Origin: Octopus vulgaris
Lineage: Eukaryota
DNA: 64,000 bases
Assembly (NCBI GenBank): GCA_951406725.2
Contig: OX597822.1
Coordinates: 64,976,001-65,040,000, forward strand
Reading direction: 5' to 3'
Shown here in pieces: positions 56,908 through 64,000 of this stretch. How positions within the stretch are numbered: the first letter of the stretch is position 1; the number at the start of each line of letters is the position of its first letter. The translations under genes and the position numbers were made by a program. Below the pieces are notes generated by a model that ran no database searches, was not told the DNA's origin, and saw nothing but the letters and a program-made list of their open reading frames with translations.

Positions 56908-56944
56908 ATGTCAAAAAGTCAGCGTCGTATCAGCAACGCCAAAT
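56908..56944 (+). promoter_or_regulatory. Intronic exon-complementary sequence for exon 56542-56599
   Basis: Ungapped pairing with 56551-56587: 29/37, including 2 G-U. Confidence 0.6.
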
Positions 56945-56959
56945 AAGCAGCGTAGAAAC

Positions 56960-58590
56960 GGTTGAGCCAGAATGTTTCATTTCCTTGTTTCTACCTCGAT
57001 GCCTGAACTCATTGCTTAGGTTCATTATGGTCAAGACTTCAGTGTGTCCTTGATTTCATTCCACGGTGAAATTTTGCAAGTTTTATACCCAAAGTAATCA
57101 ATACTATCTTTTCTAGTGACTGAGACGCCCCGTTCTCATTCCTATCTCTGAAAGGAATATTTATTGTGATCAACGATATCAAAAAGTTTTAGATTTAAGA
57201 ATAATTTAGGGTTATACCGTCGACTATTTCGGGCCTCCCTTACTTTTAACGACGAATTAAGTCTACCAGCGAAATCTTGAAAGATGTTCTCTCTGTTTAA
57301 AGTGTTACAGATTATAAACACGCTCCAAATTCGTCTTAATACGCCTTAAGTTTTTAGTATTCCAATATCTATCTATCTTGCGCTTTGTATTGTGCGCGCC
57401 ACCTGATGCACGTCTGAACATTCACCTGAAAATGACGGGACTTGCGCTAGCAGGTCTTGATTATAAGCCATCTCATTTAAAATCTTCTTGGGTGTAAACA
57501 ACAAAAGCGTCAAACTTGCTAATTCCTGGAAGTGTTCCAGGGATTATAATCTTTTTGCAACACCAGAACACAGTAGGGTGGGATTCGGTCGATATTTCTA
57601 GAATTTCTAATCTGCGCAGGTACTATACTAATTAGCGTCGCACATTTCTTGTCTGTTGTTTATCCAAAGGTATAATTTATTAACAAGGAGAGCCTTCTGG
57701 ATTTTCAAATTTCCAGCATTCCGTTCTGAGATTTTGTAGATAAGCGTATTATTCTGGTTATGAGATTTCTTCAAATGTTTTCTAACGGAAGAAACATTTG
57801 TATAAACGTATTGTTTATCGCTAACAGTAATTCCAACATAAGAGTATATAAGATCCAACCACATTTATTACATGCCATATAGTAGATCACATGAGCTCGT
57901 AAATACGTCCTTATTGTTGACAGGAGAGATGATAAGTATACATACATTGTTGCCTTGTGTAAGCAGATTCCTTGAAAAGCTTTTTACGAGACAGATAAGA
58001 GCTAAGCTTATATTCCATTTTGCTTGTGATAAAGGGTTTTTAGAGGCAAATATTGAAATATAAGGTAAGAAGGTAAGCGATTGAGTTTGTTTTCTCTCTT
58101 TTATTTTCAATTTGTAGTTGTTTCCTTAAGCAATTTTAACTCCATTTCATCACGAAACATGATGTTTATCTCTGTATCAAAGTCGTTAACTATAGATTTA
58201 TGAATTTCACAGTTCAAAGTCAAATTGACTCATAAAATAAGATACCGGCTCCTCCAACTAAATCAATTTATTTGTCTAGTTTTTCATTCTGCTTCTCAGA
58301 TATATATGTAAGTATATATCACGTTGGGACATTTATAAGGCCTGTTTATATCGTACAAAATTCGCCCTCCTCGCTTTTGGTTATCAGTCCCTCGTTGGTC
58401 CCCTTTTTCTTTTTATCTTTTACTACAAGTTATTGTTTCGCTATATTTGCAAAGGAAATACCAGCGTCTCTTTGCTGTTATTTTTGTGGTTTACGATTTT
58501 CGTTCTTTGTTTTAAGGCGAGATTCCGTCTTTATTTCTTCGCCGTCTTTTAACCTGCCCTTAACCTACCCGTAACCTACCCGGTCCTTTC
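56960..58590 (-). pseudogene. Decayed multi-ORF segment (possible viral or transposon relic)
   Basis: Microsatellite-free, with broken minus-strand frames containing IDLVGGAG...IVNDFD and LAQVPSFSGECSDV; three 10-bp taacct(g/a)ccc repeats at the right end. Confidence 0.3.
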
Positions 58591-59629
58591 TGCTTATTTT
58601 TATTGTTTTGTGAAAGACGGAAGGAGGGAGTTGTTAGTGCTTTGTATTTTACGTATTATTTGTTTTGCAATGTGCGTGTGTGTGTGTGTGTGTGTGTATG
58701 TGTGTGTGTATGTGTGCGCGTGTGTGTGTATGTACATGGGTGTTGAGAGAGAGAGAGAGAGAGAGAAAATGAGGGACGTATTAAAAAGATACACATATAT
58801 ACATACATATATACATATACGTATATATGAACACATTTGTATAATTATATTACATTATATATTTTATAGACACATACATATATACGCACATATACATATA
58901 CATACACAGACATATATACACACATACATATATATATTTCTCTGTTTCAAATGAAGTCGCATGTCTTTATGAGAACCAGATTGAGACCTTTGTGGTTTCC
59001 TTTTTTTTTTGCTAGATTAAAATAAACCGAAATATAATTCGTCGCCTTACAAAATAAAGCAAAAGCGAATATACAACACAATGCATTTTACTCGCAAAAC
59101 ACATACACACGCTAAAAAACCACGTGTACGGTCGCATACCCACACATGCTTGCAATTAAACTCGCTCACAAACACACACACACACGCGCACACACAAGCA
59201 TAGAATATACTTTAATACATACGTATATGTTTGTGCGCATGCTTATGTGTCTGTGTGTATATGCGTGTGTGTGTGTGTAAAACGTTAAAAATACAAGTAA
59301 ATTTTTTTTAGTACATGCTGTTAGACACCGAGTGTGTAATTTAAAATGCTCTCACATAAAGAGGATAGAGAAGCTTTTTGTGAATCTAACATTCGAATAT
59401 GTATACGCATACATTTAAAAAAAAACCCACATATCAAACGTACATAGATGCATATTCACATACTAATATTCACACACACACACACGCACACACACTCGCA
59501 CATGTGCATGTAGATGTATATGTATAACGTGTTTGTGTCTCTTAATACATACATATTTATTTAAGCAAATAATACTATTTCACAAAAGCACTCAAGTGTG
59601 TGTGGATGAAGATACACACACATACACAG

Positions 59630-59669
<40 letters not shown>

Positions 59670-60034
59670 AGAACACAGGGACACAGACACATACAAACAT
59701 ATACGCACGTGCACATAGAATTTCACAAATAAGCATAGTTTCACACAAGCATACACACACATGCGCCAAAGCACACACATACACTGATTCACAAACACAC
59801 ACATACACAGACTATATATATATATATATATTTGTGTGTGTGTGTGTGTGCGTACATACATATACATAAGTATATACATTAAAAACAAAAGTAACACATA
59901 ATCTAGATTCAAGCCCCGTCTCCGTCGGGATGCAAAGCGAAACGACAAAGTAAAATACACAAAAAATGCCCTCAACAAATACTTAAACAAAACAAAAAAT
60001 AACAACAATGTTTAAAAAACATAAATAATCAAAG

Positions 60035-60795
60035 GTGCAGGCATAGCTGTGTGGCTAAGAAGCTCGTGTTGAAATTACATGGCTTTAGGTTCAGTCCCAC
60101 AGCGCGGCACTTTCACCAAGTGTCATCTACTATAAGCTCGTACCAGACTAATGCCTTCTGAGAGTATTTGGTAGAAGAAAATTGTCTGGAAGCCCGTCGT
60201 GTTTGTGTATATATATATATATGACCCTTGTGTCCGGCATTCGCCATGATAGATCGCTAGCCACTACACATTCTTTATTTTCTCTCCTTGTTTCTTTCTG
60301 TGTCCCTTTCTGCGGAAGAGCGTAGGCTCGAAACGTTAAGACTTTTTCACTTCCCGAGCGTTATACTAATACATCTGTTTGTTGTCTACGTCTTTTGCTT
60401 TTTTGTGAATTGTCCCTATATATATAACTACATAAATAATATTTTTATAAACAAACCCGAATGTGTTTGAGCGTTGTTTCGGTTCGTGTCCCGACGCCAG
60501 AAATATATGTGTGTGTGACTATATATGCGTGTGTGTGTGTGTGTGTGTTCGTGCGTGTGTTTTTGTGTCTGTCACAACCACTCCTAACCGCTTGATAACC
60601 GGTGTTGGTGCGTTTACGTCTCTGGAAATTAGCAGTTCGGCAAAAGAATCCGATAGAATATATACAAACTTAAAAAAAGAAAACGAAAAACTAAACTACA
60701 TAAATGCCGGAGTAGATTTGTTCAACTGAAACCCTTCAAAGCTGTGCTGCAACTTGGCTGGAGTCCAATGACTGGAGCAAGCAAAAGCTAAAAGA
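60035..60795 (+). mobile_element. Old family B SINE with a Penelope-like fragment (about 60223-60420) in its microsatellite
   Basis: B head 60035-60200 and B tail 60560-60795; insert carries ctgcggaagagcgtaggctcgaaacgtt. Confidence 0.65.
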
Positions 60796-60828
60796 TATGA
60801 AGTAAATGAACAACAACGAATTGATATA

Positions 60829-61108
60829 CAGTAAGCCCTCGTCATATCGCGGTTCACCTATCGCGGTTCACCTATCGCGGTTCACCTATCGCGGTTCACC
60901 TATCGCGGTTCACCTATCGCGGTTTATCATTTAAGCTTACGTCGATTTCTCCGTGGTTTTGTCTTGCATTTATAATATAATAAATATATACAAATTACAA
61001 AAAATAATTTTAAAATATATACAGTACAGTACTGTTTGTACTTCGCAGATTGTCACATATCGCAGGGGTTTTTAGACCGTAACACCCGCGATAGTCGAGG
61101 GGTTACTG
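60829..61108. mobile_element. Tc1/mariner-pogo-type MITE (280 bp)
   Basis: TA|cagtaagccctcg...cgaggggttactg|TA; subterminal atcgcgg/ccgcgat. Confidence 0.85.
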
Positions 61109-62514
61109 TAGTAGGAAATTTAATATCTTGAGTAAAAAGAAAGCAAGGAAGAAAACCAGGGGAAGTGGCTTGGATTCACAAACTGGAATAGAAGGAACAC
61201 AGGATAAATTTATTAAAAAAAATCAAGCGAAGGAAGTAATAACATATTACAAGAATGTTCTAGATATTTTTAATGTCTGCAACACACATAAACTCTGAAT
61301 TTGGTCCCATAATCCTTTTTTTCTTTTTTTTTCACTTTGGTATGCGGCAAAGACGCTCTAGACTTTAAACTCCAGGCGCTCTAAGTTTCGTTAATCAATT
61401 CTTTATTATTTAAATGCTCATCGGAGTGAATCCGCATTCATTGCTTTTCTCGACCCGTAAAGAAAAACAGTAATATTATACTCCTAATGGAGATTGAATC
61501 TTGTATCTTATCCTTAAAAATAGGGCGGTGAGCTGGCAAAATCGTTAGCGCCGTAGGCCAAATTCTTATCGGCATTTCGTCTGTGTTTGCATTGAGTTCG
61601 TTTCGCCGAAGTCGACTTTACCTTTCATCCCTTCAGGGGCTGCTGAAATAAGTATCATCCAGCTGAGCACTGGAGTCGATGAAATCGACTTACCCACTTC
61701 CCCAAAATTGCTGGCCTCGTGCGAAAAATTTGAGACATATATTTTGTTAATTGATTCAAACGTTTTTCTATCCGCGATTAAGAAGTCTAAGATAACAAGA
61801 AGACGAGAAAAAAATTAGTAGTTTTATTTTCCTTCTTTTCAAAGAGGAAAACATTGCTAATAGGAACTGCCATATATCTCAACTAACCAATATGGGACCA
61901 ATTATTTGCTACAATATATTGTATAGAATCTCAGCAGAGGGACGCGTGAGAGAAAAAACGAAAGCCATACGCTCAGTGTTGTTATATTCTTAGTAGTTAA
62001 CGAATGGTTTAACAGAAGCGGTAGAATGACGGACGAAATGCTTTGTAATACTTAGAGATGAGCCATTTATTTTCTTAGTTGAAATCCCATCGATGTCTTC
62101 CATTGTTTGAAGATTAAAGATTTACCTTTAATCTTCCTTTGTTTACCAATTGGAAAATGGAGTTGATAGAATCAGCTTTGCAGACCCGCTGCACAAGTAT
62201 TTATGCTACTGTTACTTAACCCTGATATTTGACTGGTATCTATTTTAGCGGCCCCGAAAGGATGAATGACGAAGCCGGTTTCGGCGACATTTGAATTTAG
62301 AAGGGACAGACGAACGAAATGCTGCAAAACCTGACTTAGTGGTTAGCGAGTTGCATTCACGATTGTGGTGGTGGTGGGGTCGTAGTTTCAAATCTCAGAC
62401 AGGCAGTGCGTCGTGTTCATGTTCAAAACATTTCATATTAGGTTGATCCTGTCCACCCAGCTGTAAATAAATACCCTTGCGACGGATCGGCGTACAAGAG
62501 TAAATTAGAGATTA

Positions 62515-62890
62515 CTCTTATACTCTTTTACTTGTTTCAGTCATTTGACTGTGGCCATGATGGAGCACTGCCTTTAGTCGATCAAATCGACCCCAGGCAG
62601 GACTTATTCTTTGTAAGCCTAGTACATATTCTATCGGTCTCTTTTGCCGAACCGCTAAGTTAGGGGAACATAAACACACTAGCATCGGTTGTCAAGAGAT
62701 GTTGGGGGAGAGGACAAACACAGACACACAAACGTATACACATACACACAAACGTATACACAGATACACAAACGTATACACACACACACACACACATAGC
62801 AGAAGACACTTGCCCAAGGTGACACGCAGTGGGACTGAACTCGGAACCATGTGGTTCGTAAGCAAACTACTTACCACACAGCTACTCCTA
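62515..62890 (-). mobile_element. SINE family B
   Basis: Homology to other family B copies. Confidence 0.85.
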
Positions 62891-62949
62891 GGCCTATAAG
62901 GAAATGAAGGGCGGTTTTGTCCGTTTACGTATGTGTAGATTTATGGTCT

Positions 62950-63722
62950 TCTCTACTCTAGGCACAGTGCCCGGAAATTGGGGGAGGGGGACAGTTGTTT
63001 AGATCGACTCCAGTACGCAACTGGTACTTAATTTATCGACCCTGAAAGGATGAAAGGCAAAGTCGACCTCGGCGGAATTTGTACTCACTACGTAAAGACA
63101 GACGAAATGCCGCTAAGTATTTCGCCCGGCGCGTAAACTTTCGTTATTTCTTTATTGCCCACAAGGGGCTAAATATAGAGGGGACAAACAAGGACAGACA
63201 AACGGATTAAGTTGATTACATCAACCCTAGTGCGTAACTGAAAGGATGAAAAGCAAAGTCGTCCTCGGCGGAATTTGAACTCAGAACGTAGCGGCAGACG
63301 AAATACCTATTTCTTTACCACCCACAAGGGGCTAAACACAGAGTGGACAAACAAGGACAGACAAAGGGATTAAGTTGATTATATCGACCCCAGTACGTAA
63401 CTGGTACTTATCTAATCGAACCCGAAAGGAAGAAAGGCAAAGTCGACCTCGGCGGAATTTGAACTCAGAACATAGAGGCAGACGAAATACCTATTTCTTT
63501 ATTACCCACAAGGGGCTAAACACAGAGGGGACAAACAAGGACAGACATAGGTATTAAGTCGATTACATCGACCCCAGTGCGTAACTGGTACTTAATTTAT
63601 CGACCCCGAAAGGATGAAAGGCAAAGTCGACCTCGGCAGAATTTGAACACGGAACGTAAAGACAGACGAAATATCGCTAAGCATTTCGCCCGATGTGCTA
63701 ACGTTTCTGCCAGCTCGCCACC
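62950..63722 (-). mobile_element. Head-to-tail array of about 4 family A SINE units
   Basis: aaaggcaaagtcgacctcggcggaatttg-like core at about 63055, 63250, 63435 and 63620. Confidence 0.9.
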
Positions 63723-63899
63723 TTTGATTCAGAACAATCTTCCGATTGGAGGTCTCACAAACCACGTTTTGCATTCAACAATCGAAGGATGACGATGGAG
63801 ATGACGTGATATTGTCCCTACGATGGTGATTGTCATATGGTTTTTACTTGCGTATCAAAGCCACGCTACAATTAGACGCTGATTCTTTTTTTATTTCAG

Positions 63900-63966
63900 T
63901 ATAAGAAAACGAAACGCTACCTCTTGCGAACCGAAGTCATGCAGATTTGAAACATTACCTGAAGAG
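63900..63966 (+). CDS. Candidate 67-nt exon (IRKRNATSCEPKSCRFETLPEE, phase 2 to 0)
   Basis: Branch-like gctgat plus a T-rich tract ending tttcAG; donor ag|GTACGT; one fully open frame. Confidence 0.55.
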
Positions 63967-64000
63967 GTACGTTAGTCACATCCTATCTCTCTCAAAAGCA

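Overview
AT-rich, microsatellite-saturated eukaryotic DNA. The repeat content (tRNA-derived SINEs, Penelope-like fragments, (TA)n/(CATA)n/(TCTA)n tracts) points to an octopus or other coleoid cephalopod genome; this is inference. Nearly all supplied ORFs are microsatellite or SINE artefacts. Manual reading suggests the window is mostly intronic, within one plus-strand gene of very small GT-AG exons: 1372-1439, 4256-4290, 4713-4779, and candidates 13011-13023, 35878-35934, 56542-56599, 63900-63966. The first three join in frame; I could not name the protein. Most of these exons have their own non-repetitive intronic complementary arm; the best duplex is rich in G-U pairs that work only on the plus-strand RNA and several cover splice sites. 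This suggests structure-guided splicing or ADAR editing. The introns also hold a very young 360-bp tandem-plus-inverted repeat with a type I hammerhead-like ribozyme (retrozyme or Penelope pLTR candidate), other Penelope fragments and hammerhead motifs, a decayed full-length mariner, LINE remnants (Tx1/L1, CR1/L2, RLE-type), a MITE, SINE multimer arrays, and a decayed segment with Dam-methylase-like motifs.
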